Position numbers and translations under genes: made by a program. This document shows, one piece after another, positions 1 through 8,444 of a stretch of DNA of 64,000 bases. The number at the start of each line of letters is the position of its first letter. The first letter of the stretch is position 1. This DNA comes from Candidatus Limimorpha sp. GTDB lineage: Bacteria; Bacteroidota; Bacteroidia; Bacteroidales; F082. Location of the stretch: positions 121,892 to 185,891 of the forward strand of contig JBGURY010000004.1 of NCBI GenBank assembly GCA_045132275.1. Direction: 5' to 3'. The notes beneath the pieces were generated by a model. It had not been told where the DNA came from. It saw only the letters and a list, made by a program, of their open reading frames with translations, and did not search any database.

Positions 1-2151
1 ACCAGCAAGATGCGTGAGTTCTACAACACTTATTATGTGGCCAACAACATGACCCTCATCCTCGTTGGTGACTTCGACATTGAAGCGGCAGAGCCTATGG
101 TGGCCGAGAAATTCGGCACATGGCGTAGCGGCGAACTACCCAAGGAGCCGACCTATACCTTGCCCAAGTTCAATGGGCCTACCGTGAAGGAAGTCAGGAT
201 GACGCCTATCAAGATGGGCGCTTTGGTCTTCCCTGGTGTCAAGAACTCCGACCCCGATATGTTGCCGCTGAACCTTGCCAGCACGATCTTCGCGAATGGC
301 GAAACAGGTCTGGCCGACAAGTTGATGCTTGACGGACAAATCATGGCTACCATGTTGCTGCCGCTCTCGTTGGAGGATCATGGCGCCAATGTGATGATCT
401 ATATCCCCAAGTTGCTGGGTCAGTCGCACGAGAAGGCGGAAGGTCTCATCTTCGATTGCCTTGACCGACTGAAGAAGGGTGATTTCAGCGACGACCTCTT
501 TGAAGCCATGCGTATGAGCATGCTCACGTCCCGATTGAAAGAGACAGAGAACTTGCAGAACTTGTCAAATCTTTTCCTTGAATTGGAAATGAACGGACAG
601 AGCCTGGAGGAATATCGGGCTGAAACTGAGCGCCTGAAGACCATCACCAAAGAAGAGGTGGTGGCGGTGGCCAACAAGTATTACGGCAACGACTACTTGG
701 ATGTGCGCTCCAAGATGGGCTTCCCGGACAAGGACAAGGTGGACAAACCCAGTTGGAAACCCATCGAGGCCAAGAACACCGAGGCGAAGTCGGATTTCGC
801 CAAGGCCATCGAGGCGCAACAGGTGCCCGAGGTGGAGCCGCAAGTCGTGAAATTCGGTGAGGACGTGAAGATTATGGAGGCTAACAACAGCTTCAAGCTC
901 TTCTCCACCGCCAATCCTCGCAACGACATCTTCGATTTGAAGGTGAACTACAATTATGGTATGGCCAACAATCCTGATTTGGACAAGGCTGTGCAATACC
1001 TGCAAATGCAGGGCACCAAGACGCAGAAGCCGGATGAGTTTGCCCTTCAACTGCAAAAACTGGGCGCTACCATCGATTTCTATACCTCTGAAAACCAGTT
1101 TACGGTGCACATGACCGGCTTCGAGAAAGACCTCAACGACATTGTGGCTCTGTGCAGCCGCAAGTTGCAGAACCCGTCCAACGAGGAGAAGTATATATCG
1201 ACCTTGGTGGAAAACGAACAGACGAATATCAGTACGAGCAAGGACGACGCTTCCACATGGGCGCGTGCCGTTCGAGAGTATGCGCTTTATGGCGACCAGT
1301 CTTCTTTCCTCGACCACGCTTCCATAAAGGAATGGGGCAAGAAGAGCGGTGAAGCCCTTCTGGCAGAAGTCGCCGAGGCCTTGAAATACGACGGCTATGT
1401 GCTGTATAGCGGCAACACCCAGCCGGAGACGGTGGTTGCAATGCTGAAAGAGAACGGATTGGTGAAGGCGAATGCCATCAAGGGTCAGGAGAAGATCCGT
1501 GTGGAGAAGAAGTATACCGAACCTCAGGTGTTTATTGCTTCCAATAAGAAGTTCCGCCAGAGCAACATTTATTTCCATGTGCCGGGCGAAAAGTTGAGTG
1601 CCAAAGACGAAGCCATGTCCACTCTGTTCAGCAAGTATTTCGGAACGGATATGTACTCCATCGTCTTCCAAGAGATCAGGGAATTCCGTTCCTTGGGTTA
1701 TACGGCCTATAGCTATTACACATACGACAATCTGGAGCGCAAGCCGGGTAATCTCTTCGGTTTCCTCGGCACGCAGTCCGACAAGACCCTGGACGGCATG
1801 ACCGCCTTTAAGGACTTGATTGTCGATATGCCGGTGCGTATGGAGAAATTCAACGCTTCGAAGGAGGCTTTGCTAAAGTCGCGCTCAAGTGAGTATGTCA
1901 ATTTCCGCGCTTTGCCTGGAACGGTCCAGAACTGGATGAAGAAGGGTTATGACCACGACCCGCGTGGCGAGGTGACAGAAATCATCCGCAACGCCTCGTT
2001 TGACGATGTTCAGAGCTTCTACAATCGTTTGATCAAAGACCGTCCCGTGGTCATCATGATGTCGGGCAACGAGAAGAAGATCGACAAGAAGGAGCTGGGC
2101 AAGTTCGGCGAAGTGACCAAACTGAAATACAAACAAATCATCAAGGAATGA
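1..2151 (+). CDS. M16 (insulinase/pitrilysin-like) family peptidase, C-terminal ~715 aa; 5' end outside window
   Basis: Frame is open from nt 1 and ends at TGA 2149-2151. The NMTLILVGDFD...FGxW segment and repeated M16_C-like halves match this family. A hairpin terminator follows. Confidence 0.7.
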   Translation, partial: TSKMREFYNTYYVANNMTLILVGDFDIEAAEPMVAEKFGTWRSGELPKEPTYTLPKFNGPTVKEVRMTPIKMGALVFPGVKNSDPDMLPLNLASTIFANGETGLADKLMLDGQIMATMLLPLSLEDHGANVMIYIPKLLGQSHEKAEGLIFDCLDRLKKGDFSDDLFEAMRMSMLTSRLKETENLQNLSNLFLELEMNGQSLEEYRAETERLKTITKEEVVAVANKYYGNDYLDVRSKMGFPDKDKVDKPSWKPIEAKNTEAKSDFAKAIEAQQVPEVEPQVVKFGEDVKIMEANNSFKLFSTANPRNDIFDLKVNYNYGMANNPDLDKAVQYLQMQGTKTQKPDEFALQLQKLGATIDFYTSENQFTVHMTGFEKDLNDIVALCSRKLQNPSNEEKYISTLVENEQTNISTSKDDASTWARAVREYALYGDQSSFLDHASIKEWGKKSGEALLAEVAEALKYDGYVLYSGNTQPETVVAMLKENGLVKANAIKGQEKIRVEKKYTEPQVFIASNKKFRQSNIYFHVPGEKLSAKDEAMSTLFSKYFGTDMYSIVFQEIREFRSLGYTAYSYYTYDNLERKPGNLFGFLGTQSDKTLDGMTAFKDLIVDMPVRMEKFNASKEALLKSRSSEYVNFRALPGTVQNWMKKGYDHDPRGEVTEIIRNASFDDVQSFYNRLIKDRPVVIMMSGNEKKIDKKELGKFGEVTKLKYKQIIKE

Positions 2152-2160
2152 TGATACGAA

Positions 2161-2192
2161 AAAAGGAAGAGTCGTCAGGCTCTTCCTTTTTT
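2161..2192. terminator. Bidirectional rho-independent terminator between convergent genes
   Basis: Stem aaaaggaagag / ctcttcctttt with an 8-nt loop, and A/T runs on both sides. Confidence 0.7.
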
Positions 2193-2212
2193 CATTTCAT
2201 ATAGTTTTAGGT

Positions 2213-3589
2213 TTACGCTATCTCGCCGCCCTTGGCATAATGTTGATAGAAGGCGATGATGGTCTCGATGCCTTTGTAGAAGTGGTCGAGGCGGTAGTTC
2301 TCGTTGGGCGAGTGGATGGCGTCTTCGCCAAGGCCAAAGCCCATCAGGATGGCCTTGATGCCCAACACTTCCTCAAATCTCGCGATAATCGGGATAGAAC
2401 CGCCCGAGCGCATCGGGATGGGCAGTTTGCCGTAGGTGTCCAAATAAGCGGCTTCTGCGGCTTTGTATTCCGGCACGTCGACGGGGCAGCCGTAGGCCTG
2501 TCCGCCATGCAGCGGCGTGACCTTCACAGTGACGTAGTCGGGAGCGTTCTTCTCAAAGTAGTCCTTCACCAAAACAGAGATCTTCTCGTTGTTTTGGTTG
2601 GGCACAAGACGGCAGGAGAGCTTGGCGTAGGCCTTCGAGGGCAGCACGGTCTTGGCGCCCTCGCCCGTGTAGCCACCCCACATACCGCAGAGGTCGAAGG
2701 TAGGACGGATGCCGACGCGCTCGATCTTGGTATAGCCTTCTTCGCCGCGCAGCGCCTTCACCCCGACGCTGTTCTTGTAGTTCTCCTCGTTGTATGGCGC
2801 CATGTTGAGTAGTTCACGCTCGCGGTCGGAGCATTCCACCACGTCGTCGTAGAAATGCGGGATGGTGATGTGGTTGTTCTCGTCCATGCACTTGGCGATC
2901 ATCTCGCACAAGGTGTTGAGCGGGTTGGCCACGCTGCCGCCGAAAAGGCCGGAGTGCAGGTCGGCGTTGGGGCCGGTGACTTCAATCTCCCAGTAGGACA
3001 GACCGCGTAAGCCCGTAGTGATGCTCGGCACGTCGGGACCAATCATGGAAGTGTCGGAAACGAGGATGACGTCGGCTTTGACCAAGTCTTTGTATTCCTC
3101 AACCCACTTCGAGAGGCTGCCCGAGCCGATTTCCTCCTCGCCTTCGAGCATGAACTTCACGTTGCAGGGGAGGGTGCTGGTCTTCACCATGGTTTCGAAG
3201 GCCTTGGCGTGCATGAACGACTGGCCTTTGTCGTCGTCGGCGCCACGAGCCCAGATCTTGCCGTCCTTGATGACGGGCTCAAACGGATCGGTATGCCACA
3301 GGTCGATGGGGTCGACGGGCATCACGTCGTAGTGGCCGTAAACGAGTACGGTGGGCAGTTTCGGGTCGATGATCTTCTCGCCGTAGACGATGGGGTTGCC
3401 TTCGGTGGGCATCACCTCAGCCTTGTCGGCACCAGCTTTCAACAAGTGCTCGCGCCAACACTCGGCACAGCGGATCATATCGGGTTTGTGGGCCGATTCT
3501 GAACTGATGGAAGGGATTCTGATCAAGCCAAAGAGTTCCTCAAGGAAACGGTCTTTGTTGGCTTCAATGTAGTTTTTTGTGATTTGCAT
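2213..3589 (-). CDS. M20 family dipeptidase (ArgE/DapE/ACY1/CPG2 superfamily)
   Basis: 458-aa ORF with motifs VYGHYDVMPVDP, ARGADDDKGQ and MLEGEEEIGS. Confidence 0.85.
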   Translation of the reverse strand: MQITKNYIEANKDRFLEELFGLIRIPSISSESAHKPDMIRCAECWREHLLKAGADKAEVMPTEGNPIVYGEKIIDPKLPTVLVYGHYDVMPVDPIDLWHTDPFEPVIKDGKIWARGADDDKGQSFMHAKAFETMVKTSTLPCNVKFMLEGEEEIGSGSLSKWVEEYKDLVKADVILVSDTSMIGPDVPSITTGLRGLSYWEIEVTGPNADLHSGLFGGSVANPLNTLCEMIAKCMDENNHITIPHFYDDVVECSDRERELLNMAPYNEENYKNSVGVKALRGEEGYTKIERVGIRPTFDLCGMWGGYTGEGAKTVLPSKAYAKLSCRLVPNQNNEKISVLVKDYFEKNAPDYVTVKVTPLHGGQAYGCPVDVPEYKAAEAAYLDTYGKLPIPMRSGGSIPIIARFEEVLGIKAILMGFGLGEDAIHSPNENYRLDHFYKGIETIIAFYQHYAKGGEIA

Positions 3590-3606
3590 AATGGTAGTAT
3601 TTGTTG

Positions 3607-4362
3607 TTATTGTTTCTCAAAGTATTTCAATTCAACGCTTTCTCCGTTAAACACCGCATAGGTAAAGTCATAAATCCAATTGCCGACCACGGTAGTCAGG
3701 GCATGGTTGCCGGTCTGGTATTGCATGGGCTTATGCTGGTGGCCGAAGACGAAGAAATCGACGCTCGGGTCAAGGGCGGCCTGCTCTTGGGCGTATTGGT
3801 AAAGGCGGGTGTTCGGGATGTCGTCGTAATAGCCGCGTTCCACCTCGTTTTTGAGTTTTTTCAGGCGGTGATTGTGTGACCAACGCAAGGCCAAACCAAT
3901 ACCCAAATCAGGATGTAAGTGTCTAAACAGCCATTGATTGACCTTGCATTCGAAGACCTTTTTCAGGAACTTGTAGCCTTTGTCGCCTGGGCCTTTGCCG
4001 TCGCCATGGACCAAAAAGAATTTCTTTCCCTTGATGGTCTTAACGACAGGCTCACGATGCAGTTCAAGGCCCAATTCGTCATGCAGGTAGCCAAAGCTCC
4101 ACAAGTCGTGGTTGCCGATGAACATGTGCACGGGGATGCCCGCGTCGGTGAATTCGGCCAGCTTGCCTTGCAGTCTGACAAAGCCCTTGGGAATCACGGT
4201 CTTGTATTCGAACCAAAAGTCGAAGAGGTCGCCCATCAAGTAGAGCTCCTCGCAGTCGGGACGGATGCCTTCGAGGAAGCGCAACAGCTTTCGCTCACGC
4301 TCTTGGCTGTCTTCGAGCGAGGGGATGCCCAGGTGGAAGTCGGTGACGAAATAAACGGCCAT
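3607..4362 (-). CDS. lpxH: UDP-2,3-diacylglucosamine diphosphatase (LpxH-type metallophosphoesterase)
   Basis: Motifs VTDFHLG, LMGDLFDFWFEYK, GNHDLW and VHGDG. Its start overlaps the upstream gene's stop by 1 nt. Confidence 0.8.
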   Translation of the reverse strand: MAVYFVTDFHLGIPSLEDSQERERKLLRFLEGIRPDCEELYLMGDLFDFWFEYKTVIPKGFVRLQGKLAEFTDAGIPVHMFIGNHDLWSFGYLHDELGLELHREPVVKTIKGKKFFLVHGDGKGPGDKGYKFLKKVFECKVNQWLFRHLHPDLGIGLALRWSHNHRLKKLKNEVERGYYDDIPNTRLYQYAQEQAALDPSVDFFVFGHQHKPMQYQTGNHALTTVVGNWIYDFTYAVFNGESVELKYFEKQ

Positions 4363-5198
4363 CAGAATTGGATTTCGGACGAGCGGCGAATGAGTTCGGT
4401 GATGAGGGTGATGAGCATGGGCTCCACGGCATTCACGGCCTTGATGACCTCCTCATGGGTGATGTTGGTGATATGGTCCACCCCGAAGATATTGCCCATG
4501 TCGGAGACAATGCTCAAACCGAAGACGGGCAGTTTACCTTGACGCGCCACGATGACTTCGGGCGTGGTCGACATACCGATGGTGTCGGCGCCAATGATGC
4601 GGAAGTAGCGGCACTCGGCAGGAGTCTCGTAAGTCGGGCCCGTGGTGGAGCAATACACGCCGTGCTGTACCCAGATGCCTTTCTCCATAGCGATTTCGTC
4701 GGCCAACTTGATGAGGCGCTTGTCGTAAGGCTCGCTCATGTCGGGGAAGCGTTCGCCGAAACGCTCGTCATGCGGTCCGATCAACGGGTTGGGCATGGCA
4801 TGAATCTGGTCGTTGATAATCATGATATCGCCCACTTTGAAATTGGGGTTGAGACCACCGGCGGCATTGCTGAGGATGAGGAATTGGATGCCCATTTGCA
4901 TCATCACGCGGATGGGGAAGACCACCTCACTCATGGGGTAACCCTCATAAAAATGAAAACGTCCCTGCATGGCCATGACCCTGCGACCCGCGATGGTGCC
5001 AAACAGCAGCTGGCCTTGGTGTCCCTTCACCGTCGAGACGGGGAAGTTCGGGATGTCAGAGTAGGGGATGGCGTACTCCACGGTGATGCCGTTGGCCAAG
5101 CCACCCAAGCCGGAGCCGAGCACGACGCCGACTTCGGGACGGAAGTTATTGGTTTTCTTGTTGATGAACTCAACAGTGGTGAGAATCCTGTCGTACAT
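4362..5198 (-). CDS. Purine nucleoside phosphorylase (trimeric PNP family, inosine/guanosine type)
   Basis: Motifs GSGLGGL, MQGRFHFYEGY, SNAAGGLN, TGPTYETPAE and GMSTTPE. Confidence 0.85.
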   Translation of the reverse strand: MYDRILTTVEFINKKTNNFRPEVGVVLGSGLGGLANGITVEYAIPYSDIPNFPVSTVKGHQGQLLFGTIAGRRVMAMQGRFHFYEGYPMSEVVFPIRVMMQMGIQFLILSNAAGGLNPNFKVGDIMIINDQIHAMPNPLIGPHDERFGERFPDMSEPYDKRLIKLADEIAMEKGIWVQHGVYCSTTGPTYETPAECRYFRIIGADTIGMSTTPEVIVARQGKLPVFGLSIVSDMGNIFGVDHITNITHEEVIKAVNAVEPMLITLITELIRRSSEIQF

Positions 5199-6225
5199 AG
5201 GTCAATATTTCTTCATTAAAAATTTCTTCTTCGTGAAAACGCACTGTGACGGGCAAATCGTATAGCGGTACGCCTTCAAACTGACAAAGATAGGGAGAAT
5301 TTGTCAATCGCGCCGTATCTTTTTCGGTGGTAACGATGATTTTCTTCTCGCCTGAAAGGCCGGCAATGTGTTTCATAATGTCACTTAAGTCTTTCTCCGT
5401 GTAGGCGTGGTGGTCGCCAAATGGCAGGAAAACAACGGTCTTGTAGCGTGATTTCAACTCTTCAACAAAGGGCTTCGGGTTGGCGATGCCGCAAAAAGCC
5501 AAAACGGAATCGGCATGTATGGAATCAGCGGTCTTGGCCGTTTCGTTCAATGGCCGCAAAGGCAAGTACTCCAAATAAGAGAAGTAAACTCTTTGATTTT
5601 CAATTGGTTTTAACTTGTCGATTATTTGCTGCTTTTCCGCCTCCTCCATTTCCTTTGGCGACTTGCTGACCACAATGATGTCGGCGCGTTTGGCGGCAGA
5701 CTTCACGTCACGCAGGGTCCCCGTTGGCACGAGATAGTCGTCGCAATACAGCCGTTGGTGTTCGGTCAACAGGATGTTGAGCCCAGCGTGGATTCTCCGG
5801 TGCTGGAAGGCGTCGTCCAAAAGGATGACATCGGGTTTTTTGACCCCCTGCTCCCCAAGCAGGTGCTCCACGCCCTCGACGCGGTCTTCATCCACCGCGA
5901 CTTGGATGTCGGGTTGTTTCTTGAAGTACTGCAGCGGCTCATCTCCCAAGTCCTCGTAAGTGCTTGAGGTATCGGCCATCACGAAGCCTCTCGACCGTCT
6001 CCCATATCCTCTGCTTAAGGTGGCCACCTTGTAATTGTCTTTCAGTAATTTGATCAGGTATTCCGTGTGCGGCGTTTTTCCCGTCCCGCCTAAGTTGAGA
6101 TTGCCGACGCAGATGAGGGGATAATCGAAACACTTGGATCTCAGAATGTGCCAATCGTATAGTTTGTGCCTGATACAGAGCACGATGTGGTACAATAGCG
6201 ATATGGGTAGCAGCAAAAATCTCAT
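5170..6225 (-). CDS. lpxK: Tetraacyldisaccharide 4'-kinase
   Basis: P-loop GNLNLGGTGKTP. I chose the start at MRFLLLP (6225) because a -7 promoter box lies at 6235-6242, inside the longer ORF-track N-terminus. Confidence 0.85.
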   Translation of the reverse strand: MRFLLLPISLLYHIVLCIRHKLYDWHILRSKCFDYPLICVGNLNLGGTGKTPHTEYLIKLLKDNYKVATLSRGYGRRSRGFVMADTSSTYEDLGDEPLQYFKKQPDIQVAVDEDRVEGVEHLLGEQGVKKPDVILLDDAFQHRRIHAGLNILLTEHQRLYCDDYLVPTGTLRDVKSAAKRADIIVVSKSPKEMEEAEKQQIIDKLKPIENQRVYFSYLEYLPLRPLNETAKTADSIHADSVLAFCGIANPKPFVEELKSRYKTVVFLPFGDHHAYTEKDLSDIMKHIAGLSGEKKIIVTTEKDTARLTNSPYLCQFEGVPLYDLPVTVRFHEEEIFNEEILTYVRQDSHHC

Positions 6226-6234
6226 TGTAGGGGT

Positions 6235-6242
6235 CAAAATTA
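6235..6242 (-). promoter_or_regulatory. Bacteroidota -7 promoter box (TAATTTTG) for lpxK
   Basis: The reverse complement of caaaatta matches TAnnTTTG. It lies 9 nt upstream of the ATG at 6225. Confidence 0.55.
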
Positions 6243-6254
6243 GACATTTTTTCC

Positions 6255-6262
6255 TAATTTTG
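6255..6262 (+). promoter_or_regulatory. -7 promoter box (TAATTTTG) for the Nif3-like gene
   Basis: TAnnTTTG match 18 nt upstream of the ATG at 6281, placed divergently to the lpxK box. Confidence 0.55.
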
Positions 6263-6280
6263 AGCCTCAATTTTGAAAAT

Positions 6281-7387
6281 ATGACCGTAAAAGACATTCT
6301 GAACTGCATCACCGAGGTGGCACCGCTGCAATGGCAGGAGAGCTATGACAACGCGGGCCTTCAGGTGGGCGACCTTAATGCCGAGGCGCACAAAGCATTG
6401 ATATGTTTGGACATAACTGAGGAGGTGGTGGATGAAGCGGTGGCCAAGAATTGTGATATGATTGTCAGTCACCATCCCTTGATTTTCAAGGGGTTGAAGC
6501 ACCTTACCCCACAATCCTATATCGAGCGCGCCGTGATGAAAGCCATCAAGTGCGACATCGCCATGATTTCAATGCACACCAACCTCGACAACAGCTACTT
6601 GGGCGTGAGCCGCGTGTTGGCTGAGCGCATGGGACTCAAAAATCTGAGCATCCTGCAACCTTTGGAGGACCAGTTGAAGAAGGTCGTGGTGTATGCCCCG
6701 CTCTCTGCTGCCGACAAAGTCCGTCAGGCTATGTTTGAGGTGGGTGCGGGCTGCATCGGCAATTACGATTCATGCAGCTTTAACGCCCAAGGTCAAGGCT
6801 CGTTCCGCGCGGGTGCGACGGCACATCCTTATGTGGGTGAGATAGGGAAGATGCATTTTGAGGATGAAGTGCGCATCGAGACGGTAGTTCCGAAACACGC
6901 CTTGAATCAGGTGATTACCACCATGTTGAAGGTGCATCCCTACGAGGAGGTGGCCTACGACGTCTATGCTCTGGAGAATGAGTTCCAGCAAGCGGGTGCC
7001 GGCATGGTAGGAGAACTTGACGCACCCTTGTCGGAGACCGACTTCTTGACTCTCGTCGCTGATGTCATCGGATCGCCTTGTCTTCGCCATTCCGCTTTGA
7101 CGGGACGGAAGATTCAGAGGGTGGCCCTGTGTGGTGGCTCCGGCAGCCCCTTCATGGGCGACGCCTTGCGGCATAGGGTCGACGCTTACCTTACCGCCGA
7201 TATCAAATACCACGACTTTTTCGTTCCCGAAGGCCGTTTGCTGCTGATTGACGGTGGGCATTTTGAGACCGAACAATTCACGAAAGAATTAATATGTGAA
7301 CTCATTCGGAAAAAATTTCCTACCTTTGCAGCCGAAATCGCTGAAACTAGGACGAATGCGGTTCATTATTTTGTTGGAAATAACTAA
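6281..7387 (+). CDS. Nif3-like dinuclear metal center protein
   Basis: Motifs WQESYDNAGLQVGD, IVSHHPLIF and GGHFETE. The start is set at MTVKDIL, downstream of the -7 box. Confidence 0.85.
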   Translation: MTVKDILNCITEVAPLQWQESYDNAGLQVGDLNAEAHKALICLDITEEVVDEAVAKNCDMIVSHHPLIFKGLKHLTPQSYIERAVMKAIKCDIAMISMHTNLDNSYLGVSRVLAERMGLKNLSILQPLEDQLKKVVVYAPLSAADKVRQAMFEVGAGCIGNYDSCSFNAQGQGSFRAGATAHPYVGEIGKMHFEDEVRIETVVPKHALNQVITTMLKVHPYEEVAYDVYALENEFQQAGAGMVGELDAPLSETDFLTLVADVIGSPCLRHSALTGRKIQRVALCGGSGSPFMGDALRHRVDAYLTADIKYHDFFVPEGRLLLIDGGHFETEQFTKELICELIRKKFPTFAAEIAETRTNAVHYFVGNN

Positions 7388-7395
7388 TCATCAAT

Positions 7396-8394
7396 ATGGC
7401 TAAGAAAGAAAACAAAGAAGTTGCCGAAGTGACTGAAGTTGCTGAGGTTGAAGAAGTTAAGGAAACCAAAAAAGCTACTAAGAAAACTGCCAAGGCCAAA
7501 GCCGAACCCGAAGCCAAGGAAGAACCCGCTGAAGAGAAGAAGCCCAAGAAGGCGACCAAGAAAGCGGCAAAACCTGAAGTAGAAGTCGAGGCGGCAGCTC
7601 CCCAAGAGGAGGCTCCCGTAAAGGTCGAGGCCCCTAAGCCTGCTGAAGATTCCGTGGAAGTCACTGTTGAGCGGAAACTGGTGGCACTCTATACTTTGCA
7701 GCAAGTCGACTCGAAGATTGACGAGATCCGCGCCTATCGCGGCAACCTGCCCTTGGAGATCCAAGACATGGAAGATGAAATCGCCGGCCTTGAGACCCGT
7801 ATCGCCAATTTCAAGGAGGAGAGCAAGAAACACCAGAAAGACATCACCGACTTCAAGATCAAAATCAAGGAGACCGAGGCTCTGATTAAGAAATATGAGG
7901 ATCAGCAGAATAATGTCCGTAACAACCGTGAATACGACTCGCTGACTAAGGAGATCGAGTATCAACAACTCGACGTGCAACTCTCGGAGAAGCGTATCCG
8001 CGAGATTACCGCTAAGGACAACGAGGTGGCCGCCAAGGTGGCTGAGGCCCAGCTGCGCCTCAACGAGCTGAAAGCTTCGCTGAAGGAGAAGCAAGAGGAG
8101 CTTCAGTCGTTGGTGGAAGGCACTGAGAAGGAAGAGGAACAGCTGCTGCAGCGTTCGACCGAATGCGAGAAGCTGGTGGAAGACCGTCTGCTGGTGGCCT
8201 ACAAGCGTATTCGCAAGAATGCCCGCAACGGTCTTGCCGTGGTCGGTATCTTCGACGAGGCTTGCGGTGGCTGCTTCAACCGCATCCCGCCCCAACACCA
8301 GTTGGACATCTGCACGCACAAGAAGATCATCGTTTGCGAGTATTGTGGCCGTATCCTTGTTGACAAGGGCATCATTGCGCAATACAACGCTTAA
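7396..8394 (+). CDS. Zinc-ribbon / coiled-coil protein (COG1579-like) with a K/A/E-rich N-terminal extension
   Basis: C-terminal CGGC...CEYC zinc ribbon and a long heptad-like coiled coil. This family is a conserved partner of Nif3 genes. Confidence 0.7.
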   Translation: MAKKENKEVAEVTEVAEVEEVKETKKATKKTAKAKAEPEAKEEPAEEKKPKKATKKAAKPEVEVEAAAPQEEAPVKVEAPKPAEDSVEVTVERKLVALYTLQQVDSKIDEIRAYRGNLPLEIQDMEDEIAGLETRIANFKEESKKHQKDITDFKIKIKETEALIKKYEDQQNNVRNNREYDSLTKEIEYQQLDVQLSEKRIREITAKDNEVAAKVAEAQLRLNELKASLKEKQEELQSLVEGTEKEEEQLLQRSTECEKLVEDRLLVAYKRIRKNARNGLAVVGIFDEACGGCFNRIPPQHQLDICTHKKIIVCEYCGRILVDKGIIAQYNA

Positions 8395-8414
8395 TCAACG
8401 GTAATAGAAAAGTG

Positions 8415-8441
8415 AAAAGGCCGCCTCGTGCGGCCTTTTTT
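8415..8441. terminator. Bidirectional rho-independent terminator
   Basis: Stem aaaaggccgc / gcggcctttt with a 5-nt loop, followed by a T-run. Confidence 0.7.
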
Positions 8442-8444
8442 CGT

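Noticed and set aside
565..1671. 368-aa antisense ORF within the M16 peptidase gene, and similar long shadow ORFs at 20016-20984, 38711-39493, 42151-42978 and 46900-47667
   Set aside because: All are antisense or off-frame to confidently assigned genes and have no independent support.
5170..6312. Longer N-terminal extensions offered by the ORF track for lpxK (6312), Nif3-like (6134), DUF2807 (12554), PagL-like (13533), TrmH-family (17771), BNR protein (21041), ubiE (29794), GT9 (30834), the 32720 ORF, lpxC (35006), bamD (40698), tsaE (49388) and the aminotransferase (53452)
   Set aside because: The extensions overlap neighbouring genes or contain -7 promoter boxes, terminators or repeats. 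The internal Met gives a canonical N-terminus or signal peptide.
7384..8382. 332-aa minus-strand mirror ORF of the zinc-ribbon gene
   Set aside because: The + frame has the CxxC...CxxC ribbon and coiled coil and is operonic with the Nif3-like gene. The mirror frame is Leu-rich with no features.
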